DNA of 64,000 nt from an uncultured archaeon (GCA_963782915.1 CAWALK010000015.1:96001-160000); one strand, 5' to 3'; counted from the first letter of the stretch, positions 32,341-43,757 are shown. Notes: a model not told the origin generated them from the sequence alone. Numbers and translations: made by a program.

Positions 32341-32663
32341 TAAGGTCTGAGATGGGTCTGTTTAGAATTTCCACAATCGACCGCCTTACCTCTGAAGCTA
32401 ATGCGGGCAGTTTCAGTTTTTCGTTTGCATCCTTGTTAAGACATGGGGCTTTCTTCATTCCAAACCGCCTAAATGGAAAGTGCTTTGGCATATACCAAGT
32501 AACGCTCGCCCATAAGCGTTAGACTACACAAACGGTTAGGTCATAAACCTTTAAGCGTAGCTGCCCATAAAGAAATCGTTAAGTACTATGGCCCTTTTTT
32601 GAACAGAAAGCAGTAAACAACCCATAAATACACAATCCACCAACCCACACCTCAGGTAATACC

Positions 32664-33363
32664 ATGTCAAACGAACCCACACAAAACAACCCCAAAGTAT
32701 CAAGCAGCAGTATTTTTCGTACAAGACATCAAAAAATCCAAACAATTCTACAGCGAAGTTTTGGGCCAGAAGATAGTGGCTGACTTTGGCAGAAACATAG
32801 GGTTCGAAGGCGGCTTATCCCTCTGGGAGAAAGAGTATGCCCTAAGCGTTATCTTCGAAGAGAAAGCTAAGCAGATAGCTGTTGGAGCGAATAATTCGGA
32901 GATATACTTTGAATGCAGCGATATTGAGGCTTTCTTTGAGCGATTGACTAAGGGGCAGGTTAGGGTTATTCACCCTGTTATGGAGCATCCTTGGGGGCAG
33001 CGGGCGTTTAGGGTTTATGATCCTGATAATCATATTCTCGAGTTTGCGGAGCCAATGTCTGAGGTGGTTTTGAGGTTGCACCATGAAGGGTTGGGTGTTG
33101 AGGCGATTGCAGCAAAATCCATGATGCCACCCGAATTCATTAAAAACATTCTCCACATAAAAGAACATTGGTTTGGTGTTTTGGCACCTGCAGTAGCGCC
33201 GTTATGGCGAAAAACGCTGCAAAATACGTTTCGTTTCTTTGCTGCTTCATGTAAGGGGAGGGGAGGCTTCCGAGCAACAGCGATTAGACCTATCTTGATG
33301 CGTAGGGCTAAGAATACCAGTCAATTATTGCTGGAACAACAATCGTCTGCAAATCCACAGTGA
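32664..33363 (+). CDS. VOC/glyoxalase-family protein, frameshifted near the start; true end probably near 33160
   Basis: VQDIKKSKQFYSEVLG and EHPWGQRAFRVYDPDNHILE. Confidence 0.82.
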
Positions 33364-34027
33364 GATTGTTCAGTTGCTCTGGGCTCAATTCACTTCTTGT
33401 AAAGATGACAAAGCACCAGTTAGCCATGTTTGCGTTGAAGCGAGTCATATCATAGCGGACAGTTAAGACATCAGATAGGTTGGATGTACCTGGGTAGGTT
33501 TCATTTCTGGTCAATAACTCTGGATACTTGGATACGAAAGAGGGCAACATGTGGTCGAATGGGACGCTGGGTGAATCCATAGAGTTAATGTTTTGTAGCG
33601 TTAAGCGCCAAGTGTAATAGCTATAGTTTGGCAGGGTCTGGTTTTTTTCGTACCATGCGTGGTAAGGATCAGTTGGGAAGCCCGCTAAACCTGGCGGAAC
33701 AATGTTTGCTCCGTAGTAGGCGATTGTGGCGGTTACTGCGCCGCCTTGGGTGTAGGTGGGCTGGGGGGTCTGGTTGTCTGGGGGTTGGGCGGTGTAGTTG
33801 ATGCCGTTGATACTTACGCTGCTAATGTTATCGGCGTCTATGTACAGGTTTAGGGTGCCGTTGGTTATGGTTACGTTTTCGATTACACTGCTGTTGGTTA
33901 TAGCATTGTTTATGGTGGCGTTTGAATTGGTGAAGTCGAAGAAGTAACCTGTTTCCTGTGCAACAGCAGCGCTTATGCTGATTACTAAAATTAAGGCGAT
34001 GATGATTGCGGCGACTTTTCGATTCAT
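33308..34027 (-). CDS. Hypothetical secreted or membrane-anchored protein
   Basis: N-terminal hydrophobic helix; rich in NxS/T sequons. Confidence 0.65.
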   Translation of the reverse strand: MNRKVAAIIIALILVISISAAVAQETGYFFDFTNSNATINNAITNSSVIENVTITNGTLNLYIDADNISSVSINGINYTAQPPDNQTPQPTYTQGGAVTATIAYYGANIVPPGLAGFPTDPYHAWYEKNQTLPNYSYYTWRLTLQNINSMDSPSVPFDHMLPSFVSKYPELLTRNETYPGTSNLSDVLTVRYDMTRFNANMANWCFVIFTRSELSPEQLNNLTVDLQTIVVPAIIDWYS

Positions 34028-34203
34028 TGTTATCCAAAAAGGCAATGGCTCCTGGTTTCTTATTAAGTTTGGCAGAACCAGCCGTTAACCGCTAAACTGA
34101 AAAGAGCCCCATAACCAAAAAACACAGCCACAACAGGGAAATACCTTAAATCCTACCCTAAAGCTATCTATCAAAGTCCAAAAAACTCTAGGTAACAAGC
34201 AAA

Positions 34204-35325
34204 ATGGCCCAAAAACGTGACTACTACGAAGTACTCGGAGTACAAAAAGGCGCACCCAAAGAACAAATCAAAGATGCCTACCGCAAATTAGCGATGCAGT
34301 ACCATCCAGACCGCAATAAAGACGCAGGCGCAGAAGAAAAATTCAAAGAAATCAGCGAAGCATACGCAGTCCTATCAGACGACCAGAAACGCAGCCAATA
34401 CGATCAGTTAGGCCACAGCGGATTTGACCAACGATACACCTCAGAAGACATCTTCCGAGGAGCAGACTTCGACAGCATATTCCGCGACATGGGCTTTGGC
34501 GATTTATTCCGCAGCATATTCGGCGGCGGAGGCGGGGGATTTGGCGGCTACGAGGAACGTAATCGAGGCCAAGATTTAGCTTACGATTTAGAAATCACAC
34601 TCGAAGAAGCAGCTAAAGGAGCCCAAAAAGACATCGAAATCCCAAGAACGGAACATTGCGATGTCTGCGGCGGCTCAGGTGCAGCACCAGGCACATCCGC
34701 AAGGATTTGCCCAACATGCCACGGCGCAGGCAAAGTCCAGAACATGCGCAAAGCAGGATTTGCCATGTATGTCCAAGTTGTTGCGTGCCCCACATGTAAA
34801 GGCAGAGGAAAACTCATCGAAACCCCATGCAGCAACTGCCACGGCACAGGAGTAGTGCGTAAACGCAGAAAAATCTCTGTTAGAATCCCCGCTGGCATCG
34901 ATGAAGGCTATCAATTGCGATTAAGGGGCGAAGGGGAAGCAGCGCCAAACGAGGGCGAAACAGGCGACTTATACGTACTGGTTCACATTAAACAGCATCC
35001 GCAGTTTGTCCGCGAAGGAGATGACCTATGGCATATAGCCATGATAACTTATCCGCAGGCGGCTTTAGGCTCAGAAATCACTGTGCCAACCTTGGATGGG
35101 CCTGTAACGATTAAGGTTCATGCGGGCACACAAGTCGGCGAAGTCCTAACGCTTAAAGGCAAAGGTATGCCGCGCTTTAGGGGATACGGCAGAGGCGACT
35201 TAAACGTTCGTTTGGGCATAATGGTTCCTGAAAAGTTGACGGCACCTCAGAAAGCGCTGCTTGAGCAGTTAGCTAAAGAATTCGGCACGGATGTATCGTT
35301 GAAAGGCCGAAAATTTAAACTCTAA
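34204..35325 (+). CDS. dnaJ: Molecular chaperone DnaJ
   Basis: HPD J-domain, G/F region, four CxxCxGxG repeats. Confidence 0.97.
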   Translation: MAQKRDYYEVLGVQKGAPKEQIKDAYRKLAMQYHPDRNKDAGAEEKFKEISEAYAVLSDDQKRSQYDQLGHSGFDQRYTSEDIFRGADFDSIFRDMGFGDLFRSIFGGGGGGFGGYEERNRGQDLAYDLEITLEEAAKGAQKDIEIPRTEHCDVCGGSGAAPGTSARICPTCHGAGKVQNMRKAGFAMYVQVVACPTCKGRGKLIETPCSNCHGTGVVRKRRKISVRIPAGIDEGYQLRLRGEGEAAPNEGETGDLYVLVHIKQHPQFVREGDDLWHIAMITYPQAALGSEITVPTLDGPVTIKVHAGTQVGEVLTLKGKGMPRFRGYGRGDLNVRLGIMVPEKLTAPQKALLEQLAKEFGTDVSLKGRKFKL

Positions 35326-35440
35326 ACCGCTAAACCATTAACCTATTTTATAGTTGGTTAGCGGTAACATAAAATTTTTAAACTAAACACGAGATAGAGA
35401 ATAGCTAAATTTTAAGAGAGAGAGAAAAAAAAAAAAAAAC

Positions 35441-35863
35441 ATGGAAATCGACATAGCCTCGTTACTCATAGGACTCGTCATAAACATCATCATCTGGATA
35501 ATCGCTGCTGTACCATCACTTTGGATATCAGGCAGACTACTCGCAGGCAAACAAAACGCCAAATTCACTGATGCACTCTGGATAGTTATCATTGGCACAG
35601 TCATCTTCTACTTCACAAACTGGGCCATAACAAACTTCTTACCCGACGTCTTCGGTTCGCTGATTGGCTCGCTTATTGCATACTTTATACTGCTGATTAT
35701 CTGGTTAGCTTTGGTTAAGCACTTCTTTGACTGCGGTTGGCTCAGAGCATTGGCGATAAGCATCGTTGCAGTGATATTTGCCATCATAATTTGGCTCATC
35801 ATCGGCTTCATATTCGCGCTTATCGGCTTTGGCACAGGCTGGTTCCCCATCCCAACACTTTAG
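35441..35863 (+). CDS. Hypothetical membrane protein (4 TM)
   Basis: Hydrophobic ORF with KHFFDCGW. Confidence 0.7.
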   Translation: MEIDIASLLIGLVINIIIWIIAAVPSLWISGRLLAGKQNAKFTDALWIVIIGTVIFYFTNWAITNFLPDVFGSLIGSLIAYFILLIIWLALVKHFFDCGWLRALAISIVAVIFAIIIWLIIGFIFALIGFGTGWFPIPTL

Positions 35864-35969
35864 CGGCATCTAAATTCACCCTCTTTATTTTTTTTATACA
35901 ATCGACTGTATTTCTAGTTGCAACTGCTTCAACCCATAATACGCAAGCACCTAAATCAGAAACAGGTTT

Positions 35970-37208
35970 TTAGGCTACAAATTGCCCGTTAAGAAAACCC
36001 ATCCACAAATCCAAAGCAATAGCAAAGAAAACGCCACATATTATTGCTGCAATAGTTATTGATTTTTTACTGCCTGAGAAACCAGCGGTTAAGGGTATCC
36101 ATAGCGGAAACAGTACAGAGACAAACCGCGGCGTAGACACCAATGCACCAAAGAATAAGATTCCAGCGTAACCAGCGATTGCATATAACCATAGCGACTT
36201 GTCGAGTTTCCAAGTTTTTCTGGACAATAAAAGAGGAAAAAACAAGGCACAAACAACGGCTAAAGGAAGAAGCCAATGGGTTATGATTGGCGGTGGCTGA
36301 AAAGGCGCGGTTAAGATAACATTCACGCCATAACGTGGAATACCCTCCGTGAGTAGGGTTCGAAAAGAGTAGAGGTTACTCCACTCAGACGTATCCACAG
36401 GGGCAAGGAAATCACCCGCTGAAAAACCTAAAACCACAAACCAACAAATCAAGGAAACTATGGGAACCAGACTAACCAAGACATTTCGGATTCTGTGATT
36501 TTTATGCTTAAAAGAATAATATAGCATCGGAAAAGCAACTATGATTCCCATTGTTCTCGCTAAAGGTGCCATTGCAGCAAACACACCCGCACCCAACAGT
36601 TTACCCTTCTTAAATAGAAGCCAAGCGCCTAAAACAAAGAACAAAAGCAAACCCTCGCTATAAGCTACAGTAGTGAACACAAAAAGATAGGGCGAAAACG
36701 CCAAAAGCAAAGCCGAGAGCAGAGCCGCTTTTTTTCCAATGTAGCTTTCTGCCAGTAACTGATAAAGCGGAATCCAAAGCACACCGAAAACCAAGGCAAT
36801 CAGTGAAAGCGAAGCCGTAGGGTTTTGCAAAACCAAATTTGCGACAGCCCCAAAAAAGGGCAGTACTGGCGAAAAAGTATAACTCTGTACCGAGAAACCA
36901 TAACCATTCGTCAAAATATCCAGGTACCATGCGCTGTCCCAGCCCAAGAATGTGAGCGGCCACTTGTCCAGGGGTAGGGGATTTGTGCGAAAGGCATTGT
37001 CTTGTACCCAAGCATATACTCTGTTTGGGTCCGACCAAAATGTTCCAGCGCTATTGATGTTTAGGGAATAATAGATGAATACTGCTCCTGCGATTTTGGC
37101 TGCGAGAATTATGAGGAGGGGAATGAGGAGTCTTTTTGGAATTTTGATTTTTCCTAGTTGGAGGGATGATTCTAAAAAATCGTTAAAAGAAAAATCCTCC
37201 TCGCTCAT
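35970..37208 (-). CDS. GT-C mannosyltransferase-like membrane protein
   Basis: GWDSAWY, YSEGLL and STPRF; multi-TM. Confidence 0.8.
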   Translation of the reverse strand: MSEEDFSFNDFLESSLQLGKIKIPKRLLIPLLIILAAKIAGAVFIYYSLNINSAGTFWSDPNRVYAWVQDNAFRTNPLPLDKWPLTFLGWDSAWYLDILTNGYGFSVQSYTFSPVLPFFGAVANLVLQNPTASLSLIALVFGVLWIPLYQLLAESYIGKKAALLSALLLAFSPYLFVFTTVAYSEGLLLFFVLGAWLLFKKGKLLGAGVFAAMAPLARTMGIIVAFPMLYYSFKHKNHRIRNVLVSLVPIVSLICWFVVLGFSAGDFLAPVDTSEWSNLYSFRTLLTEGIPRYGVNVILTAPFQPPPIITHWLLPLAVVCALFFPLLLSRKTWKLDKSLWLYAIAGYAGILFFGALVSTPRFVSVLFPLWIPLTAGFSGSKKSITIAAIICGVFFAIALDLWMGFLNGQFVA

Positions 37209-37253
37209 TAATCGGGCATTACTACGCAAAAGCAGTAAAAAATAGGTAAAAAA

Positions 37254-38345
37254 TCAAGTTTTATCAATTACAATAAACCCTTTTTGCTTAAAAGACATAA
37301 CCCACGATAAACTCTCCATCACCCCAATCAAAGGTATAACAACAATATACCACCATTTACTCGATTTAAAAACGCCGTAACAATACAAGAGCCAATAAGC
37401 GATTCCGCCAGGTAGCGCTGGCCACATTGGCCCCCAAGTTGACCAAAGAAAAGCAAAAGCCCAAGACCCAAAAAGACCTAATGCCCAAAAAGAAACCCGC
37501 GTACCCACAATCAATTGCATGGGAGTAGTTACGTTTTTTAGTTCAAGCGATATGCCCTTAAACCATCTACCTCTCTGCCGCATTAAATCATGAAGGCTGT
37601 TTGGCGATTTAAGCGAAACTTTAGTTTTGCTCTGCCAAGTGCGGTAATTTCTTTTTATTAATTCAGCTGAGAAATGGAAATCTTCAGTTATTGTATGGTA
37701 ATCATAGCCTATTTCTTTGAGGATTTCACCCTTTGCACATAACAATTCGCCATGCAAACCCACAAACGGTCTTCCAAGCAAACCTGTAAAAAATCGATAA
37801 ACCGTTAGGTCGTCATATATTCGAATAGAATCCATTACATAAGTCAGGGTGCTTTTTCCTCTTCTCATCACAAGTATGGGGTTCATTGCGACATAGCCAT
37901 GCTCTTCGTAATAGGGGATTTCATAGAGAAACTCTGTATCCAAAACCAAGTTATCATCATCTACAAATCCGTACCATCGTCCATTTTGCACATGGGTTTC
38001 GATAAAATAATCAATCGCACGACCCTTAGCAACCAGATGGGGCTTGAACGTTTTAGGCACAATGATGAGGTTACTGGCTGGAAGCTCATCAATCAAAGCT
38101 GCGCCTTCATCAACCAAAATATGGAATTTCAGGTTTAATTTGCGGATGTTCTCGATAGTTTCAAACAAGCTGTTTCTAACTTTTGGGCTTGCAATACTTA
38201 CAATTATAATTTCCACGTTTTTTGCGGGTTCCTTGGCTTTCTTTGGTTTGTAAGTTAGACTGATTACTCCCAGAATAGTCCAGAGTAGAAACATGGACCA
38301 ACAAAGGAATGCTATGATTCTGAGTACTTCAACAATTTCTAGCAA
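37254..38345 (-). CDS. Glycosyltransferase family 2, membrane-bound processive type
   Basis: KGRA, VDDD, TED and QRGRW (QxxRW). Confidence 0.9.
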   Translation of the reverse strand: MLEIVEVLRIIAFLCWSMFLLWTILGVISLTYKPKKAKEPAKNVEIIIVSIASPKVRNSLFETIENIRKLNLKFHILVDEGAALIDELPASNLIIVPKTFKPHLVAKGRAIDYFIETHVQNGRWYGFVDDDNLVLDTEFLYEIPYYEEHGYVAMNPILVMRRGKSTLTYVMDSIRIYDDLTVYRFFTGLLGRPFVGLHGELLCAKGEILKEIGYDYHTITEDFHFSAELIKRNYRTWQSKTKVSLKSPNSLHDLMRQRGRWFKGISLELKNVTTPMQLIVGTRVSFWALGLFGSWAFAFLWSTWGPMWPALPGGIAYWLLYCYGVFKSSKWWYIVVIPLIGVMESLSWVMSFKQKGFIVIDKT

Positions 38346-38454
38346 ACAGTTTTCAATCCTGTTTTCTAAAATTCTAAACCCATTGGTTACTCACTAACTT
38401 CAACCGCTCAAGAATAGGTTGTCTGCAAAAAGGATTAGCCAATTTAATTAATAA

Positions 38455-38913
38455 TCAAGGATTAACTGTTATCGTTCCCCATAGCCCCAAGTCAACATGA
38501 CCTGGTACTTGGCAAATATAGTAGTAGTTTCCTGCTGAGCCAGCTGTGAAGGTTACTTGACCGCTTGATCCTGCATTTATGGGGGTGATAACGGCGTTCC
38601 AAAGTACATGTGCGGTTGTTGCTTTGGCGTCTACTATGGCCCAGTTATGCTGCATCGTTCCAACGTTATGAAGCGTCATTGTATATGTCTGACCTGCCGT
38701 CAGCGTTATTGTTGGTCCTGGATTAGAAGTTAAAGTTGTGGAGGTATTGCCAAAGCCATAGGAAGTAGCCGTTATTTCGCCGACATATAGCGTAAGAGGG
38801 GTAGCTGAACCAGTTTGGGGTGTCAGTGTTGTAGTATAATAATAAACCGAAACAATAATTACCACTGCAATTACAATCGCTACTAATCCATACACTATTT
38901 GCTTCTTAGGCAT
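38455..38913 (-). CDS. Membrane-anchored cupredoxin (sulfocyanin/plastocyanin-like)
   Basis: QHNW and YYICQVPGHVDLGLWG. Confidence 0.85.
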   Translation of the reverse strand: MPKKQIVYGLVAIVIAVVIIVSVYYYTTTLTPQTGSATPLTLYVGEITATSYGFGNTSTTLTSNPGPTITLTAGQTYTMTLHNVGTMQHNWAIVDAKATTAHVLWNAVITPINAGSSGQVTFTAGSAGNYYYICQVPGHVDLGLWGTITVNP

Positions 38914-39342
38914 ACTTTGTTTTGCCCCATTATTCGTTTACGCTAAATCGATTAAGGTGGGAGTGCAGATTTAACCATGTGCTGTTGGCAGGGCACAATC
39001 ACGAACTGAATAGTGGACAAAGACAAAAAGGAGCGCCAAAAAAAAACAAATGCAATCTATATGGCCAGACCTTCGACTCTGGCGAAGAACGGGATAACAT
39101 AACTAAAAAGTGGATTCCCAATGCTTACCGCTCTCAAATCTCTTTAATAACGATGGAAAAAAGTAAATCGGATATGATAGGATAACTTCAGCGCTATAGC
39201 TTAACGATTTTTTTAATCTAATTAGAATAACCAGTTAAAAATTGAACTTAAAGCCCACTAACAAGAAAGAATAGATGCAATTGTTACCATTTGGTCCTCA
39301 AAAAACCATTTCAGTCAGGCTTCGATTTTATTCCGAATCATC

Positions 39343-39789
39343 TTAGTGCTGCATTGGTTTTTCCATAGCATAATAACCTGCAGTTACCTCGTTTTTGTGT
39401 GCTGAAAAAGCCGCTAAAACTTCACCTTTTTCCCTTTCAGGCACATGGTAGTAATCAAGGGCTTTGGCAAGTTCTCCTGCAACAGCATCGAATTCATCGG
39501 GGGATATGTGAAGATCAAAGTGTGCTTTCTCTAGACCCATCTGTGTTGCTCCCGGTTTTGTACCTGTATACTGGAATGGTCCGCCTGCTACTGCACAGAC
39601 CCATAATGTACGCATCCACTTAAGCCCAGGTAATCTTTCCAATTCCTCTGTATGCCACTTTCTAAGTGCAGGGTTCTGTGACATTTGACCTGCTACTCGA
39701 TTCTTTACAACTTCGTCGCTGAAACGGTTAACAACGGCTGCTATAGCGAAAACGCCGCCTAAACGGTCATACAAGCTTTTTTCTGCCAT
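39343..39789 (-). CDS. Group 1 truncated hemoglobin
   Basis: SLYDRLGG, GGPFQYTG and AHFDLHISPDEFD. Confidence 0.88.
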   Translation of the reverse strand: MAEKSLYDRLGGVFAIAAVVNRFSDEVVKNRVAGQMSQNPALRKWHTEELERLPGLKWMRTLWVCAVAGGPFQYTGTKPGATQMGLEKAHFDLHISPDEFDAVAGELAKALDYYHVPEREKGEVLAAFSAHKNEVTAGYYAMEKPMQH

Positions 39790-39952
39790 TATTTTACCTT
39801 CTTTTTCCCTCTGCATTAGGAATTCGAGTTTGCCCATTTATTTAAAAGGTTGTGGGAACAGTGATATGCCCACAAATTCTATTTCCGTATAAATAAGAGG
39901 GGTCCTGGGCAACAATTACTAAAGAAAAACAGGCACCCAAAACTTTTCAGTT

Positions 39953-40841
39953 TTAGGCTGACTTTGGATTTTTGGGTTTGCGCACCCTTAAAGCCACAAA
40001 TCCCACCACACCGACCGCGACAACGGCGCCTGCACCTGCCAAAGCAATCCAGTAAACAGGCAACGCCTCAGAACCAGCTAAACTGTAAGATTGAAGCTCC
40101 ATGGTAGCAACGACGTTTCCTGTGGGGTCATAATCTGTCTCTTTGACTTGCATGCCCACGTTTGGTGCATAATAGATTTCTTGAACATAGCCGTCCACAG
40201 CGGTTCCGACTAACACATACGTCTCAAACGTGCCCGCTGAAGTCGCTACATTTTCTGTTCTATCAACTTTAAAGTTCATTGTTGATTGTACTGTGCTGCT
40301 GTCGTGGTTGAGTTGTCCGTCGGTATCCGTGTCGGTGGTGCTGGTTGCGGTGGAATTCGCGGTCCATGTTTTGCCCACTGATAATGGGAAGCCACCGTTA
40401 ATTCCAAAAGCGGGTGAATAAACAGTGTTTGTAGTTGAAGATGACCTGTTGGTTACATCCGCTCGGTTGGTTGTAACTGTTCTGTTTTGGTTAATTTCTA
40501 CTAAGCTATAGTCTGATTTGAGGTAATATTCTTTGAAGGTGAAGGTTGCAGGTCCGGATATGTTTGTTCCGTATACAATCCCTGAACCGGTGGAGGTTAA
40601 CTCGAAGCATTCATTGTTTGTTGCGGGGTTTTGGGTTGTGGTTTGCGTGACGGTTGTGGTTAAATTGAAAAGTATTCCTTCCTCGCCTTTGTAATCGACG
40701 ATAAATCGCCATTCATCACCCAATGATCGCGTGGGTAAACTTGGGGATTGATCATCCGCTGCAAGGGCAAACGGAATAACGCAACTGCTATAGGACAAAA
40801 ATGCATACTAATAATTTTGCAAGGGCTTGATTGTTACTCAA
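39953..40841 (-). CDS. Hypothetical secreted protein with C-terminal TM anchor; frameshift in the signal peptide
   Basis: FPLSVGKTW, TSAGTFETY and YYAPNVG motifs. Confidence 0.7.
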
Positions 40842-40918
40842 CCGACTTATCTCCGGCAAGCTAAGCTTCAGGAGAATTCCATTTAAGCTTTGCCCCCAAA
40901 AAAGCGGTTAAAATTTTG

Positions 40919-40996
40919 TGGTGGGCCGGACCGGATTCGGACCGGCGACCTTCTGCACGTCAAGCAGATGTCCTAACCAGGCTAGACGACCGGCCC
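40919..40996 (-). tRNA. tRNA-Val(GAC), CCA encoded
   Basis: GGGCCGG/CCGGCCC acceptor stem; anticodon arm TCTGC-TTGACGT-GCAGA; T-loop TCCGAAT. Confidence 0.93.
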
Positions 40997-41235
40997 ACAC
41001 ATTTTGCACTCTTTTCAATAGCGCCTTCCTATATATGCTCATCGTTTCAGAGGTAGGCACTTTGGTTAAAGAAACAGGCTTATTTGCGCTTTCTATGCGT
41101 TGCTTGTATGGTGGAGTGCCCGCATTAATACGTGTGTTCTGGAAGGTTTATCCTAAAAAGTGGAGGTAAGTCCAGAACTGCCTGACTCTTACAAAAAAAT
41201 TGTCCTTTGAAACAAAATCATTACTTCTAAAGTAG

Positions 41236-42025
41236 TCACATAGTGTTTGGGTAAGTACTATCAATCGCCCTCGCGTTCTGCTCTGCAAACTTGATTGTTT
41301 GGATCGTATTGTTTTTGCAATCAGTTAGCTGTTGCATTTGCAGTTCGGGCAGTTTCGCGTACACTAAAAAGCTCTCTATTGCACGGGCAAAGCAGAGCAT
41401 TTTGAGGATTTCTGTTGTTATGATGATGAGGCAATATTTGGGTGGCCTTGTCGCCCGTATTTCGGAGAATAAGCGGTTTAATTGGGTTCTCGAGTTTGCA
41501 CCGTAATAGCCAGCTTTGTATTGAATCCATTTTTCTGCATCAAAAGATAGCAATAGTTTGTTCACATAGTAATGGTCGTAATGCCTGCCGAGGCTTTCAA
41601 TTACTTCAGAGGCAAAGTGGGGATCAACGTATCTGCTGTACTCGTTTTGGAAAAATAGGAATTGTTCGCTTTGATTAAAATCGGTTGCGGCGTAATCGAG
41701 TAAATGGCAGAATTCTTCTAAAATGATAAACTCGCAATTATCGTCTGTTTTTTTTTTCAGGCCGTCGGTGTTGATTGCTATGGCGCTTCTGCCTTGTTTG
41801 GCGGCGTATGCATATGTTTGAGCGGGCATTTTGCCTTGGAAGCGTCCGCCGATTGCTTGGGTGATTTCCTGCTGAAAAACTTCAAGCAGGGAATTATTGT
41901 CGATGAATAGGATTTTTAGGGTGTTGTAATCGTCTGCAATTTGTGTTTTGGCTAATCAATGTTTCGCATATCGTTTTATAACGATTAACATCGTTTCTTG
42001 TCGTTGATCTGTACTGTGTTTCCAT
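41236..42025 (-). CDS. Hypothetical protein with a degenerate zincin-like EEFCH motif, frameshifted near 41955
   Basis: 197-aa ORF extends upstream in frame, then shifts to ATG 42025. Confidence 0.5.
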
Positions 42026-42207
42026 ACTTCCACTCGCTTGGGTCTATAGCTTGTGGCAATGATAGTTATAGATTTTTGTGGTGTTTGTTAACTGCCACTC
42101 ATTCTGCAGCAAATAATTCAGAAGAAAATCGCTGCGCATTCTCTGGGTGTTGATAACAGATGTTTTAAGTATCTTCCACCATAATATACCCTGTCTGGAT
42201 ATGGGCT

Positions 42208-43455
42208 ATGGCAGTAACAGATGAAATAACCTCCATACTAGTGGAATTCATCAACAAAAACTCTGACGTCGCCGATGTCCAATGGGACAGACGCATGAGC
42301 CCCAGACTGCTTTTCAATCCCTACTCCGAGAAGTATGAAGAAAGAAAAATAATCGCCCACTACTTCCTGCTTGCCGCATCAATCTTGGATGACACAGTGG
42401 TTGGGTACCCAGAAAACGCCCGCATGTTACTGTGCTATTTGCATACAGCGTTTGGCAGCAGCATGTTTGAAATAAAAAAAGCCCACCTCTTCGAAGAAGA
42501 AATCGTAAAAGCAGACTTTTACCGCGATTTGGGACCAAACAAGAAAGCTGCCTCCGAAATCCTCGCATCCGTAAACTTATTCGTAAAATTGAAAGCCGAA
42601 CGCAACCTCCTCACGTATGCCCAAAAATTCCGTAAACCCAAAGATTTCATCGAAGACTTAGCACAAAACATCCCCGCACTCGGCGGCCCCCACAAAGACC
42701 GCGCTTGGGTTTACATGCGTTGGATGGTTCGCCCCCAACCTGACCTGCAAATTTATGATCACCTCTTGCCCGAAGACCTCTACGTGCCCTTAACGAAGGA
42801 AAACGTGAATGTGGCGGCAAGTTTAGGTTTAGTCTCCTCTTTTTCGCCTGTTTGGCGTGACGAACGCACAGAAGCCGAAGCGAGACAGAGATTAACTGAT
42901 TATGCCAAACGCCTTTTTCCCAAGGACCCCGCCAAAGTAGATTACCCCTTCTTCCTGTTGGGCAGGTGGCTGAAACAGAAAACATTAAACCGCTATACGC
43001 TCAAGGCGGCGCTGGATTTTTTGGAGCAGATGCAAAAAATCACTGGGCAATCGCAGGCGTATTACCAGAAAATGAGCCGCTACAAAAGCGGGTGGGAAAA
43101 GAAAACCGCCCTCACGCTGCTGCGCCTGCACATCCCCTATGGCTATGAAACCATCAGTTTTCCGTTGCCAAACGAAGTCTACACCCCCGACTTCATTTTA
43201 GAGCGCAAGCTTCAGGGCAGAAAAATCATCCTCGAACCCCACTTCGAAATGACCAAAAAACAAGCCCGCAAATACGCCCTATTCAAACGCACCTACGGCC
43301 ACGAATTCCTCCTCATACTCCTACTAAAAAACGACTTAATCCCCCTCTACCACCAACGAAAAATCTTAACCGACGACGTATGCGACGACGTATGGCCCAT
43401 CGAATTTATCCATTTACTAGCCGAAAAAATACGACGCGGAACATACGGACAATAA
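42208..43455 (+). CDS. HhH-like (DUF2400-like) domain fused to a PD-(D/E)XK nuclease domain
   Basis: RAWVYMRWMVR...LYVPL...LFPKDPAKVDYPFF, then YKSGWEK...YETI...YTPDF...ILEPH. Confidence 0.75.
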   Translation: MAVTDEITSILVEFINKNSDVADVQWDRRMSPRLLFNPYSEKYEERKIIAHYFLLAASILDDTVVGYPENARMLLCYLHTAFGSSMFEIKKAHLFEEEIVKADFYRDLGPNKKAASEILASVNLFVKLKAERNLLTYAQKFRKPKDFIEDLAQNIPALGGPHKDRAWVYMRWMVRPQPDLQIYDHLLPEDLYVPLTKENVNVAASLGLVSSFSPVWRDERTEAEARQRLTDYAKRLFPKDPAKVDYPFFLLGRWLKQKTLNRYTLKAALDFLEQMQKITGQSQAYYQKMSRYKSGWEKKTALTLLRLHIPYGYETISFPLPNEVYTPDFILERKLQGRKIILEPHFEMTKKQARKYALFKRTYGHEFLLILLLKNDLIPLYHQRKILTDDVCDDVWPIEFIHLLAEKIRRGTYGQ

Positions 43456-43757
43456 ACCAATTAACCAGAGTTTTAGTTTCATTGTTTGGCCTGTAATCTG
43501 AAATTGAAAATGTTTTCCTTTAGTGTTTGTTGAATAACAGGATTACTTTTAGGGGGTGGCTGGGTTGGTCGGAGTGGGCGATTGTTTGGAGAGATTTAGT
43601 TTTTGTATTGGAAGGTGTAGTGGGTTTGTTGGTTGTTTTGGTTTTTTATGAATGCTGTGAAGCCGTGTTGGCTCATGCAGTTTTCTAATAGTTCTCGGCG
43701 CTGGCTGGGGGTTAGGTTTGTGACGTTGTAGGTTTTCTGTTCTGTCATGGTTTTGGC

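Noticed and set aside
38922-39185. ORF with a faint C2H2-like segment (KCNLYGQTFDS)
   Set aside because: Metal ligands are incomplete; at most a decayed fragment
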